Source: Candidatus Latescibacterota bacterium (GTDB lineage Bacteria; Latescibacterota; UBA2968; UBA8231). Taken from it: a DNA stretch of 64,000 bases. A program made the position numbers and the translations under genes. The stretch is from positions 3,936,001 through 4,000,000 of the forward strand of contig OZ242214.1 in NCBI GenBank assembly GCA_965206595.1, written 5' to 3'. The notes beneath the pieces are model-generated. The model made no database searches. It saw nothing but the letters and a program-made list of their open reading frames with translations, and was not told the DNA's origin. Shown one piece after another: positions 32,523 to 43,107 of this stretch (position 1 is its first letter; every line of letters starts with the position of its first letter).

Positions 32523-35500
32523 ATGCAGGACGCTGACCGGGGGCCGCTGCGTGCCCTCGCCCGCAAGGCCATGGCTGGAAACGGAGCCGCGGGCCCGCTG
32601 GCGCGGCTCGGCTTTACCGATCCGGAGTTCGCCGGCCGCATCCTCGACCGGCTCCGCGCGGCCGCGAACCCTGCAAGTTCGCCCCGGAAACCGCGGCGCC
32701 GTTCCCCCGCAATCCCCGCGGAACCATCCTCGGCACCGCCCCCGGAGGTGCTGGTCTCCGCCTCGGTCTGCGGCCGTCCCGACCAGGCGCTGCGCCACTT
32801 CGAGCGCTTCGCCCACGCCGGCGGAGCCCCCTCCGTCCTCTACCGGCGCCTCACCGCTTCCGAACCCCTCTGCGACTGTCTGCTCGCCCTTCTCGGGCAC
32901 AGCGCCCTGCTGACCGACATCCTGGTCCGCAACCCCGAATACCTCTACTGGCTTATCGAGGAGACTCCGTTTCTCATCCGGTCCCTCGACCGCAGGCGGC
33001 TCGGCGCCTCCCTGCATCGCGACTTCGACCTCGAGGACCTGGAAGGAGCCGGCCTCGAGCAGCTGCGGCGGGCGCAGCGGCGGGAGCTTTTGCGCCTGGG
33101 GGCCTCGGAAATTCTCGGCCTCAAGGACGTCGCCCGCATCGGGGCCGAGCTGGCCTGGCTGGCGGACTTCGTTCTCGAGACCGTCCTCGAGGCCGTGACC
33201 CGGCAGCTGGAGGACCGCTACGGGGTCCCGCGCGACAACCGCGGCCACCGCGCCCGCTTCTGCGTCGTCGCCCTCGGCAAGTACGGCGGCGAGGAGCTCA
33301 ACTTCAGCTCCGACGTCGACCTCCTCTTCGTCTACGACGGCGAGGGCACGGCCGCGGCCGCGGGGAGGCAGCCGATCGACAACTACGAGTTCTTCACCCG
33401 CCTCGGCGAGGCCCTGATCCGCGAGCTGACCCGGGTCACCGGGGAGGGGAGCCTCTACCGCGTCGACATGCGCCTGCGGCCCGACGGCCTGCGCGGCCCC
33501 CTGGTGCGTTCGGTGCGCAGCTACTGGGTCCACTACGAGACCCGGGGGGAGCTGTGGGAACGGCAGATGCTGATCAAGGCGCGGCGGGCGGGCGGCTCCG
33601 TCCGCCTGTGGAAGCAGTTCCAGCAGATGCTGGCTTCCTTCGTCTATCCCGGCCGCCTCGAGGAGACGCCGCAGCGGGAGATCAGGCACCTCAAGCAGCG
33701 CATCGAGGCCAAGGTCGAGAAGTCCCGCCACCCGGAAAACATCAAGCTGCGCCCCGGGGGTATCCGCGACATCGAGTTCGTCGTCCAGTGCCTGCAGCTG
33801 ATCGGCGGGGGCGCCAACCGGCGCGCGCGCTCGACGAACACCCTCGAGGCGATTGCGAGACTGCGCGCCGCCGGCACCCTGTCCGCGTCCGAGGCCCGCG
33901 ACCTGCGCGCCGCCTACCGGTTTCTCCGGCGGCTCGAGAACCTCCTGCAGATCGAGTCGGACCGGGCGGTCTACCAGGTTCCGGACTCGCCCGCGGCCCG
34001 GACCGGGCTGGCAGCGGCCCTCGATCTCGACGATGCCGCCGCCCTCGACGCTGAGATCCAGGGCCACCTTGCCCGCGTACGGGCGATCTACGACGACGTC
34101 TTTTTCGCCGAACCGGCCGCGGACGGGGAGAATCTCGACTGGCTGACCGCCGATCCCGCGGCCATCGAGAAGCGGCTCGCCGCCCTCGGTTTCGATGCCC
34201 CTGAACCTGCCCGCCAAGTGCTGGCGGAGATGAGCTCCGAGCCGATGATGACCGAGCTGGGGCGCCGCAATTTCGGCACCATGATCCCGGGAGTGCTGGC
34301 CGCTCTCGGGGCCTCCCCCGATCCGCTGCACGCCCTGGTGCGGCTGCGCAGCGTCATCAGCGCCTACGGGGCCCCGGGCATCTTCCTGCAGCTCCTCGAA
34401 AGCAACCCCGAGTTCCGCAGGATGCTGATCGCCATATGCGGCGCCAGCCAGTACCTGACCGACCTCGTGGTGCGCGATCCGGCGCTGCTCGACCGCCTCG
34501 TCACCCCGGTGCTGTCCGCAGCCGGGGAAGCCCCTGAGGGCAGGGCTCTCGACATGGGAACCGCGGCCCGCTACCGCAACCGCGAGCTGCTGCGCATCGG
34601 CGCCGAAGACCTGCTCGGCCTCTCCACCCCGGAGGACACCTTCCTGCAGCTGTCCGACCTCGGCGACAGCATGGTGCGGATCGCCTTCCGCCACGCTTGG
34701 CGCAACTGCGTCCTGCGGCGCGGAAGGCCGAGGTCCCGGCGCGGCGCCGAGGTCGGATTCGCCTGCTTCGCCGCAGGCAAATACGGAGGCCGCGAGCTCA
34801 ACTTCGGCTCCGACCTCGACCTCTTCTTCGTGTACGGCGCCGCCGGACAGACCGGCCGATCCGTCGACAACAACGAGTTCTTCAGCGAGCTCGCCCAGGT
34901 CTTCATGCAGACCCTGAAGCAGCTCTCCTACGAGGTCGACGCGCGCCTGCGGCCCGAGGGCAGAAGGGCGCCGATAGCCATCGATCTCGCCGGGTACCGG
35001 CGCTACCTGAAGGATCGCGCCATCGACTGGGAGCGCCTCGCCCTGTCCCGCTCCCGGCCGGTTGCCGGCGACCCCGACCTGTGCGGGCAGGTGCAGCGGG
35101 CGATCAGGGGCTTCCTGTTCCGCGACCCTGTCGACGGCGAGCGCTTCGAGCGCCTCGTCGACATCCACGGCCGCCTGAAGGAATCGGTGCCACCGGGAAG
35201 CCTCGACATCAAACGCGGCCGCGGCGGCATCACCGACATCGAGTTCATCGCCCAGATCCTGCTGATCACCCACGGGAAAACCACACCGGTCCTGGCGATG
35301 AGCGGCACCCGGCCGCTGCTGGTGCGACTGCTCGAGAGCGGCCTGATCGGACGCGACGACGGACAGGTACTGCTGCCGGCCTACGACCGCTTCCGCGAGG
35401 TGGAGAAGGGGTTCCGCATGATGGGCAACCGCCCGATCACCGCTTTGCCCGGCGGCGCCGAGCTGGAAAGGCTTGCCCGGACCCTGGGGGCCGCGGACGG

Positions 35501-35612
35501 CCGCGCCCTGGAGCAGGAGCTGAGGCAGCTGATGGACGATACCCGGGGGATCTTCGACAGCTTCGTCGCCGCGGCGAAAGCGGAGCCGTTCTCCGGGCGG
35601 AAGAGGCGCTGA
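32523..35612 (+). CDS. glnE: Bifunctional glutamine synthetase adenylyltransferase/adenylyl-removing enzyme
   Basis: Two nucleotidyltransferase domains: GKYGGEELNFSSDVDL..VDMRLRPDG and GKYGGRELNFGSDLDL..VDARLRPEG; GGIRDIEF and GGITDIEF. Confidence 0.93.
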   Translation: MQDADRGPLRALARKAMAGNGAAGPLARLGFTDPEFAGRILDRLRAAANPASSPRKPRRRSPAIPAEPSSAPPPEVLVSASVCGRPDQALRHFERFAHAGGAPSVLYRRLTASEPLCDCLLALLGHSALLTDILVRNPEYLYWLIEETPFLIRSLDRRRLGASLHRDFDLEDLEGAGLEQLRRAQRRELLRLGASEILGLKDVARIGAELAWLADFVLETVLEAVTRQLEDRYGVPRDNRGHRARFCVVALGKYGGEELNFSSDVDLLFVYDGEGTAAAAGRQPIDNYEFFTRLGEALIRELTRVTGEGSLYRVDMRLRPDGLRGPLVRSVRSYWVHYETRGELWERQMLIKARRAGGSVRLWKQFQQMLASFVYPGRLEETPQREIRHLKQRIEAKVEKSRHPENIKLRPGGIRDIEFVVQCLQLIGGGANRRARSTNTLEAIARLRAAGTLSASEARDLRAAYRFLRRLENLLQIESDRAVYQVPDSPAARTGLAAALDLDDAAALDAEIQGHLARVRAIYDDVFFAEPAADGENLDWLTADPAAIEKRLAALGFDAPEPARQVLAEMSSEPMMTELGRRNFGTMIPGVLAALGASPDPLHALVRLRSVISAYGAPGIFLQLLESNPEFRRMLIAICGASQYLTDLVVRDPALLDRLVTPVLSAAGEAPEGRALDMGTAARYRNRELLRIGAEDLLGLSTPEDTFLQLSDLGDSMVRIAFRHAWRNCVLRRGRPRSRRGAEVGFACFAAGKYGGRELNFGSDLDLFFVYGAAGQTGRSVDNNEFFSELAQVFMQTLKQLSYEVDARLRPEGRRAPIAIDLAGYRRYLKDRAIDWERLALSRSRPVAGDPDLCGQVQRAIRGFLFRDPVDGERFERLVDIHGRLKESVPPGSLDIKRGRGGITDIEFIAQILLITHGKTTPVLAMSGTRPLLVRLLESGLIGRDDGQVLLPAYDRFREVEKGFRMMGNRPITALPGGAELERLARTLGAADGRALEQELRQLMDDTRGIFDSFVAAAKAEPFSGRKRR

Positions 35613-35811
35613 CCTCGGGTCGCCGGCCTTGGGTCCGGCTTCATTTTCCGGCTGCTCAAGTGGCCATCACCACCGGAACGCGGTTGCTGCGCTGCTTTGC
35701 GGCTGAGCGCACTCGGCATATCAGGAGCCTGAAAGGCCCTATATGCTTCTATGCATTCACCACCACGGATCTGCGCCTGTCGTGTGGAATGGACGATACC
35801 CCGGGGATCAT

Positions 35812-36678
35812 ATGGTTGACCTGACCGTACTGAACACGATGGCATCGAGCGACTTCTCCGAGGCGCTGGAACGCCATCACGAATGGGGTATGAAATTCCT
35901 GGACCTGAAAGACTGGGTCTTCGCCAAGCGCATCGTGGACCTGACAGAAGAGGAAGCCCTGCGAGCCCGAGACTTGATACGACAACACGGGCTCTTCGTC
36001 CATTGCTTTTCGACCCAGCTCTTCGAACCCGAAGTGGAGCTGGGCGAGGAGGTGTTCCGCCGGGACCACCTCGGTAAAGTCGATCACACCTTGAAAATCG
36101 CCCGCATCCTGCAACCGGAAATGATCCGGCTCCTGGCGGCCCAGACGACCCGGAGAGCGACGGTCGGCGACAGCGTGGCCTATCTGAAAGCGAAGCATCC
36201 CTGGGCCCTTCCCCTGTACGCCGAGGCCATCGATCGGGTGCACGAAGCAGGCTTCCACACCACGATAGAAAACGAGACCGGGCAATGCATCCTGGCCAAT
36301 CCCAACGAAATCCTCGGCTTCTTCCGGGAGTTGGACCGGACCGGCAAAGTCTCTTTCACCTGGGACGTCCAGAATCTGTGGGAGCTGGGGACCTTCCCCT
36401 CGATCGAGGTTTACCAGGCGATCAGACATCTGGTCCGCTACTATCATTTGAAGGGCGGGCAGCACAACGACTCGAGCAGGGATCTTTGCTGGAGATCGTC
36501 CCTGGAGGATGCCTCCTGGCCGGTCGTGGAGATCACTCGACAGGTGGTCGCGGACGGAGCAACGCCGGTGATCTGCCTGAACGGCTCTCACGGCGACAGG
36601 AAAAACGGCTACGACTACACCGACATCGTGCAGCGGGACATGGACTTCATCCGCAGCGCCATTCCGGAAATCGCCTGA
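35812..36678 (+). CDS. Sugar phosphate isomerase/epimerase (xylose isomerase-like TIM barrel)
   Basis: TIENE, TWDVQN, YYHLK metal-ligand pattern. Confidence 0.75.
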   Translation: MVDLTVLNTMASSDFSEALERHHEWGMKFLDLKDWVFAKRIVDLTEEEALRARDLIRQHGLFVHCFSTQLFEPEVELGEEVFRRDHLGKVDHTLKIARILQPEMIRLLAAQTTRRATVGDSVAYLKAKHPWALPLYAEAIDRVHEAGFHTTIENETGQCILANPNEILGFFRELDRTGKVSFTWDVQNLWELGTFPSIEVYQAIRHLVRYYHLKGGQHNDSSRDLCWRSSLEDASWPVVEITRQVVADGATPVICLNGSHGDRKNGYDYTDIVQRDMDFIRSAIPEIA

Positions 36679-36689
36679 CGGAGTAATCG

Positions 36690-37754
36690 ATGGCATACCA
36701 GAGAGAGTTTGAAAACAAGCTGAAGGTGGGTATGGTCGGCGTCGGCTCGCACGCCTACCGCAACATCATGCCGACGATGACGTTTCTGCCGGTGACGCTA
36801 CGCGCCATCTGCGACGTCGATGCGGAGCGGAGGCGGTCGACGGCCTCCCAGTACGGGGTGACAGCCTGCTACGACAACGCCCGGCAGATGTATCGGAACG
36901 AGGACCTCGATGCCGTGTTCCTGTGCGTATCACCGCAATTGCATCCGGAGCTGGCCTGTCAGGCATTCGACGCGGGCTTGCATGTGTGGATGGAGAAACC
37001 GCCCGCCATGCGCGCCAGCGAGGTGGAGGAGATGATCAGACACCGCAAGGACAGGGTGGCCGTGGTGGGGTACAAAAAGGCCTTCATGCCGGCCGCCGAC
37101 AAAGTCATCGAAATGCTCGCCATGGAAGGCTACGGTCCCCTGAGAAACATGCTCGCCGTCTACTCGATGGCGGTTCCGGAAGACGGGGAAAAGGTGCTGC
37201 GCGAGCGGGAAATCAACGGCTGGCTCGCCAATGGATGTCATCCCCTGTCGCTGATGATGCGAGTCGGTGGCCCGGTGTCCGCCGTTACCGTACACCGCGG
37301 TCAGCGGGGCGGCGGCGTCTGCGTGCTGGATTTCGCCAGCGGCGCCATGGGCAACTTCCACATGTCCAGCGGCGGGTCCGGCCGGCAGCCGCTGGATGCT
37401 CAACCGCTGGAACGCTACAGCTTCTTCGGCGACGGTTGCAGCGTCACCGTAGACAACAACCACAAGGTGACGGTGCAGAGAGGGATTCCCTTTCAGTACG
37501 CCCAAATCACCAGCTATCTCCCAGAAGGCATCGACAGCGGCGCCATCGTCTGGGAGCCGCAGAACAACATCTCCACGCTGGAGAACAAGGCCCTGTTCAC
37601 GCAGGGGATCTACAACGAGATGCGCTACTTCTGCGACCGGGTACTGGCCGGCGAGGCGGCGGTCACGGGTAGTCTGGAATTCGCCCTGGAGGTCATGCAG
37701 GTCTACGAGGCGGGATTGCTGTCGAACGGTGACCGGATCAGCCTCGACGGATGA
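36690..37754 (+). CDS. Gfo/Idh/MocA-family oxidoreductase
   Basis: [20 protein letters not shown]. Confidence 0.9.
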   Translation: MAYQREFENKLKVGMVGVGSHAYRNIMPTMTFLPVTLRAICDVDAERRRSTASQYGVTACYDNARQMYRNEDLDAVFLCVSPQLHPELACQAFDAGLHVWMEKPPAMRASEVEEMIRHRKDRVAVVGYKKAFMPAADKVIEMLAMEGYGPLRNMLAVYSMAVPEDGEKVLREREINGWLANGCHPLSLMMRVGGPVSAVTVHRGQRGGGVCVLDFASGAMGNFHMSSGGSGRQPLDAQPLERYSFFGDGCSVTVDNNHKVTVQRGIPFQYAQITSYLPEGIDSGAIVWEPQNNISTLENKALFTQGIYNEMRYFCDRVLAGEAAVTGSLEFALEVMQVYEAGLLSNGDRISLDG

Positions 37755-37918
37755 GCGCCCCGTCGCGTCGCAGCCGTCACCCCTTCAATGCCGGGTAGTG
37801 TCTCAGTTTGAGATTATCCACCGTCCACCGGAAAACCTAATCCTTTATTGTTTTTCACAGGGTTTTCCACAAGATCAGGTTGCCTTGCGACGGCTGAATC
37901 GATGGCCCATCCTGGGCC

Positions 37919-38508
37919 TTACTTGACCTCTATCCGGGGTCGTAGGAAGGCTTCCGCCTCAGAGACGGCATCAAGCAATTCACCGTGGAACACATCGTCT
38001 GGTCTGTCACCATATACAACCTTTTCAAGTCTATCATATTCTTGGACGACCTCCGGGGGCATGACCCGGCGAAGGTGGGGCTTCGAATACTGCGCATCCA
38101 ATTGACAATAACGTCCTACGCTCATTTTCCACTTCATGCAGCACTTGGCAATCGGGTCGAGCAATCCCCGAATCTTCTCACTCCCCCAAAGGACTTCCGC
38201 ATTTATTCCATGAGTCCGCATCTCACGAAACGCCGCGTCCATAATGCGTATACGATCATCGAACATACCCGAAAAGCCTTCCCCCTCGGACGTAAACCCT
38301 AAAGGTGAACGTGCGGATTCAAAGGAATACTGCACCTGACGGATTGAGGCGAGAAGCCTTCGGGCACATTCGTACTCAGACTGTCCCCTGACTTGTCTTT
38401 CCAAACCTGTAATCCCCGGATTGCCATGCAGGCAGTCACTATCGCCGCAACGGCTACGATTACGTCCGAGGCTGGAGAGATCCACAACAGACAACTCATC
38501 ACGGTCAT
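37919..38508 (-). pseudogene. Low-GC membrane-anchored hypothetical protein with a frameshift
   Basis: TM N-terminus (VIVAVAAIVTACMAIRGLQVWK, frame 38299-38508) continues in frame 37919-38494 (RQVRGQSEYECARRLL). Confidence 0.55.
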
Positions 38509-38536
38509 AAGCTCAATTTTGGTTTACATAATGATA

Positions 38537-39380
38537 TCACGGTAAGCTGAGTTCTGGAATCAGGGCGCGGATATCCCCAGAGGTCAGGCCACCAGTGTCT
38601 ACGGTTTCCGGCTCCGCTGGTCTACCAGCAAGATGGTCTCTCAGACTTTGCCGGGCGTGGTTGTAACCGTCCCTTGCGCCTACGACAGTGGAATGCGGCT
38701 CGATGTCCCCTCCTGGCATGGGCGGCAGGTCGTTTAGTTGCCGACGGAGTTCCTCCGCGCTGGGCCCGGTGAGGTTGACGGGCGCGGGCCGGTTGTTCCA
38801 TCTGTCGAGGGCTATCCTGATCTGCTGCGCCTTTTCTCCTTGCTGCTCATGTTCCCGCCCTGGGTCTTGGGGGTGCTTGGCGCTCAACTCGCGGGCGCGG
38901 TCGAAATTTCCTTGCGCTTCATCCGCTGCCTTTGACCTTATCGCGGCTTCGACGATTTCCCGGACCCGCTCTGCTTTGCCCGCCTCCGCTTCAAGTGCTT
39001 CCAGGTCCCCTAGCTTGGCTACGTAATTCGCGTGGGCCTCGTTGGCCTCCTGGAGACGAACTCGTGCGTCCTCCAAACGGACGGTCCCGGTTCTGAGCGG
39101 TTTGGTGCTGTTGCTCCGGTTCGAGCCGACGGTGTCCCGGTGGTATTCTTCAATCGCAGTGAGCGCTGCCGCCGCGGTGGCGTCTTTGCCCGCAGTGGCT
39201 GCCGCCCGTTGCCTGTATTCTTGAAGTTCCTCCGCATCGTTCACGACCGACTGAATGTCGGCCTGCTTAACGCAGGCCGTGCTCAGGAACGACCGGCGAT
39301 CCAAGCCTAGGAAGACAGTGCCGTCTATGGCGCCGTCGTTGATGATCTCGCTGGAATAGTCGAGGCCCCGGTAGACCTCG
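38537..39380 (-). pseudogene. Internal fragment of an SMC/SbcC/YhaN-like coiled-coil ATPase
   Basis: FLGLDRRSFLSTACVKQADI followed by a long coiled coil; no Walker A motif and no C-terminus. Confidence 0.55.
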
Positions 39381-39482
39381 TGGACAGAGCCGATCCTGCG
39401 AGCCGGCAGACGCACAAAGAGGACGGGAACAGGAGGCGGTTGGACGATCGCAAAGGGCAGGCCCCGTTGAATGGTCAGCGCT

Positions 39483-39841
39483 TCATCCTGAGGCCGTCGG
39501 GTGTGAAATCCGAACCCGCCCACCGCGTATTGTTATCACCGCCCGCTCTTTCAGCGCTTGATGGTGATGGTCGATGACTGCTTCAACCAGTTCGATCCGC
39601 TGGGGCACTCGAGCGTCAGGCAGGAGTATCAATCCGGCGTGGACAACTCGGCGCAGGTAGATCAGTTCTCCGAAGTCCTTGTCGACGGTGACCAGAACCC
39701 GGTCTTCTGACCCCGCCCGTTCCAGCAATGCCCTGTCGCCGGGGTCCGGGCCGAGGGTCTCCGCTTCAACGACGTCGTGTCCCTTGGTGCGCAGCCACTC
39801 TGCCAGCCTCCGCCGGCGCATCGGTCAGTAAGGAATCTCAT
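39483..39841 (-). pseudogene. DUF5615 PIN-like toxin (VapC45-like) with an early frameshift
   Basis: ATG 39841 gives MRFLTDRCAG, then the frame shifts to RRLAEWLRTKGHDV..RVLVTVDKDFGELI. Confidence 0.75.
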
Positions 39842-40089
39842 CGTCCTCCAACCGAGACCGGCGCCAGAGTGTCGCCAGCTATCACTGTGTGTGCGTAGGC
39901 GATGCAGGCGCGGATGTCTTCCAGTTCCAGCCCAGGGTAGTCGTCCAGGAGTTCCTCCTGTGTGGCTCCCTGGCTCATCAGGCTCAGTATCAGCTCCACA
40001 GATATCCGCATGTCCCGCACGATGGGCTTGCCGCCGAATACTTCGGGACGGGCTGTTATGCGGTTCAAAAGTTCATCGCTGGTCGTCAT
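39838..40089 (-). CDS. DUF433 antitoxin (VapB45-like)
   Basis: RITARPEVFGGKPIVRDMRISVELIL..YPGLELEDIRACIAYA. Confidence 0.9.
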   Translation of the reverse strand: MTTSDELLNRITARPEVFGGKPIVRDMRISVELILSLMSQGATQEELLDDYPGLELEDIRACIAYAHTVIAGDTLAPVSVGGR

Positions 40090-40477
40090 ATCTTCCCTCC
40101 GTAGTTCATGGGTGGTCGGCTATCCGGAACCGCAAGCAGCATGGCCGCGCGCAGCCGGGACCGCTCTCAGCCATCCCTTTGGGGGTCATTTCGCCCTATT
40201 GCTTGTCAGGGCGTCTTTTTTGAATCATCTCCCCTTGCCTTCACCAACCCCCCACTTCCGAGAGTCTGAACCGGAACAGTGCCGAGACGCGATGTACTTG
40301 TCAGACTTCATTCAGTGTCGTCTGCATGTCTCGGTGTGAATCGGATGGAGGGGGAAAATAGGGTAAGGGGCGGCGCCTGACAGGGTCGGTGTCCTGTGTT
40401 CCGGGGCGTCCCGAGAGGTCTTGCGGGCAAACACTCTGGGCAGGCTCTTTTCTTCCCCTGACCACCTTCGCGCCGCC

Positions 40478-41180
40478 TCAGCCGGCGATGAAACCGAGGT
40501 AGTTCCCGGGGTGAACCACCTCAAACGAGCTACGCGGATAGGCATGCCGCCAGCCGCCAGGGGCGCGGACAGCTCGGCCAGGCTTTGCGGACCACTTCAT
40601 CTCCGCCGCGTGCAGCCGCCCGCCCCACTCCTCGACCAGGTCGATCTCCTGCCGGTCGTAGGTGCGCCAGAAACGGCTCTCGGCCAGGCGCCCCGTGTAG
40701 AGGTTGTACTTCAGCCGCTCGACCATGATGTAGTTCTCCCACAGGGCGCCGGCGTCGTCCCGCAGGGACAGGGGGTTGAAGTTGCCGATCAGTCCGTTCC
40801 TGATCCCGTTGTCGTAGAAGTAGTAGCGACGGCTTTTGGTGATCTCCTTGCGAAGATTGCGGCTGAAGCCCCCCCGGCTGTAGATGACGTAGGCTTTCTC
40901 CAGCAGGTCGAGATAGCGGTCAACCGTGTTCTTGTTCATGCCGAGCCGGGTCCCCAGTTCGGACACCGAAACCTCGCGGCCGATCTGGAAAGCCAGCAGC
41001 TGGAGCAGGCGCAGCAGCTTGTCGGTATGCCGGACCCCCTCCAGCTGCAGGATGTCCTTGAACAGATAGGAAGCGACCAGCTCCCTGATGTAGAGCTCGC
41101 GGTCTTCGTTCGCTTCCATGAGGACGACCTCCGGGTAGGACCCGTAGATCAGCCGCATTTCGAGCCGGGCCTTCGTCTAC
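40478..41180 (-). pseudogene. C-terminal part of an AAA_14/DUF4143 ATPase
   Basis: YGSYPEV, YLDLLEKAY, YFYDNGIRN, GALWENY, FWRTYDRQEIDLV; P-loop half missing. Confidence 0.8.
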
Positions 41181-41278
41181 AAGGCTCATTTTTGGCAGAT
41201 GTCGGAGTAGGAATGGGGCGGCAGGCGTGATTCTCGGCCGATCTGGATGTCACCCGGCCGAGAAGGCCCCCCAGGCTG

Positions 41279-41683
41279 TTACTCGGTCAAGTAGCAGTCC
41301 AGGTCCATGCTGTCGAGCAGATCCAGGTCGGCAAGTATGGAGATACCCAGCGAAGGAACTGATATATCGAAGAATCGCTCGTAGAGACGAAAGAGATTCT
41401 TTTGGTTCACGGTTCCTCCCGCCAGTTTGCCGGCCAGTTTCCGGGCGATCCCCTGGTGGGTCGCCGGTATGGTCCTGACGCTGGTGATGCACTGAGATTC
41501 CAGGGTGTTCCACATCGTAGGCTCTTCAGCGGACGGGTTGCCTGTGGGGCACGTGTGACTCACATCCCCCCTGCCGTCGACCGCCAGGACTTCCCGAAGC
41601 TCCCAGCGTTCGGCAGCCTGCCGGCCCTGGCGATCACGCCTGGCGAAGACCGCATCACCAACGCGAAGAGCTTCGGTGCCCAC
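41279..41683 (-). CDS. Hypothetical protein or gene fragment
   Basis: 134-aa ORF between an ATPase gene and an ATPase remnant; no recognised motif. Confidence 0.3.
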   Translation of the reverse strand: MGTEALRVGDAVFARRDRQGRQAAERWELREVLAVDGRGDVSHTCPTGNPSAEEPTMWNTLESQCITSVRTIPATHQGIARKLAGKLAGGTVNQKNLFRLYERFFDISVPSLGISILADLDLLDSMDLDCYLTE

Positions 41684-41739
41684 TACCTGAGCCCCCTACG
41701 CCGATGTTTCGCCCTGCCATCCATCGCAGGAGTGCCTCG

Positions 41740-43002
41740 TCAACCTGTATCCTGCGCCAACTCCTCATGGCGCGCGGCGTAGATCGTCAGCTTGGTCGCG
41801 TCCCCGATCTGTTCGAGCTTGGGGCGGCGCCCGGACAGACGCAGGCTGTCCCTGACCAGGTTCAGGAACCCCTCTCCTCTGGCTTCCATATAGCTGCGGC
41901 CGGTAAGCGCGCTCTTGTAATCGCGCATGAATCCCGCCAGAAGCTGATTCCGGCGGACAGGCTGACAGCCCGCGTACAGGTTCTCGATGGTCAGGGTGTT
42001 GTAGAGGGCACCGGGATTCTGGAACTCGATCCGGTCGGGAAACAGGCGGATGATGATCTGCGAACCCGCGATCTCGTAATCCCGGTGCACGACGGCATTG
42101 ACGACCGCTTCCTGTAGAGCCGTTTCCACGTAACTCGGATAGTCCATTCGGCCCTCTCCGTCCTTCCTGGAGAGCGTCGGAACCAGGGGTGAAAGCCGGA
42201 TGTACGACAGCGCCTGGGCGATCTGCTCGGGCACGGGGCCGACGATCCGCTTGCTGTCCACGGTATTGCCGTCGGGCTCATCGTGGGCATATGCGGCCAG
42301 ATCGATGCAGGCGCCGTTCAAATGCCGCTCGGGCTGTTCGGCAAAGAGCAACAGCCCGAGGTGCGTCGGCGTCACACCCGAGTCCAGCTCGACGGCGAGT
42401 TTGTGGTCGACGAGGGTGGAGCCCCAGTCCTCGGGCCTGGACCAGTCCGGGAAGCGATCGAGGAAATATTGGTTCAAGCGAACCTCGCTCAGATCATCCA
42501 GATTGCTGCCCAAAACCGGTCTTTCTTCTACAGGGCTGGTCAGGCGACGAGCACTCAGCAGGCGTGCCAGTCGTTCCGGAGGGATGGATTGCCGGTGACT
42601 TCCCAATCGTTGAAGAAAGCGGCCGTCGCTCGTCTGGTGTATATCGAATCTGGACATGGGGATTTCAACAATCAGACACAGCTTTGGCACGCTGTCTTCT
42701 CCGGGAAGGTATTCCCAGTTCAACGCCGGTACGATCATAGACTTGCAGTTGTTCAGCGCCACGTTGACTACGAATTGCTCCAGGAGATCGCGCTTCTCGT
42801 GGTCGATTCCGACTGGAATGCGATCGCTGTTGGGCACGCCCATCACAACCTCGCCCCCCTTCGTGTTGGCCATGCTGACGAATACTTCTGCGAGTTTGGA
42901 CGCAGCCCGTCCTTCCTCCCTGGCAAAGGAAATCCTGTCTCCCCGGAACACGATCTCCTTCAGTTCGAGCTCGGTATCTTCCCCCGCCTGTATGGAATTC
43001 AT
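41740..43002 (-). CDS. Schlafen/AlbA_2 domain plus HATPase_c_4 (RecG-C-like) protein
   Basis: GEDTELELKE, MANTKGG, ALQEAVVNAVVHRDY, DRIEFQNPG, RRNQLL, MEARGEG. Confidence 0.85.
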   Translation of the reverse strand: MNSIQAGEDTELELKEIVFRGDRISFAREEGRAASKLAEVFVSMANTKGGEVVMGVPNSDRIPVGIDHEKRDLLEQFVVNVALNNCKSMIVPALNWEYLPGEDSVPKLCLIVEIPMSRFDIHQTSDGRFLQRLGSHRQSIPPERLARLLSARRLTSPVEERPVLGSNLDDLSEVRLNQYFLDRFPDWSRPEDWGSTLVDHKLAVELDSGVTPTHLGLLLFAEQPERHLNGACIDLAAYAHDEPDGNTVDSKRIVGPVPEQIAQALSYIRLSPLVPTLSRKDGEGRMDYPSYVETALQEAVVNAVVHRDYEIAGSQIIIRLFPDRIEFQNPGALYNTLTIENLYAGCQPVRRNQLLAGFMRDYKSALTGRSYMEARGEGFLNLVRDSLRLSGRRPKLEQIGDATKLTIYAARHEELAQDTG

Positions 43003-43107
43003 CCGTTCTTTGCTATCAATGGTCTTCGCCGCTCGCTCCGTGATCGGCTGCCTCCGGTGCCGACAGCGCCAACCAGCCGACAACCATGGTATGATAACGA
43101 CTGGCCA

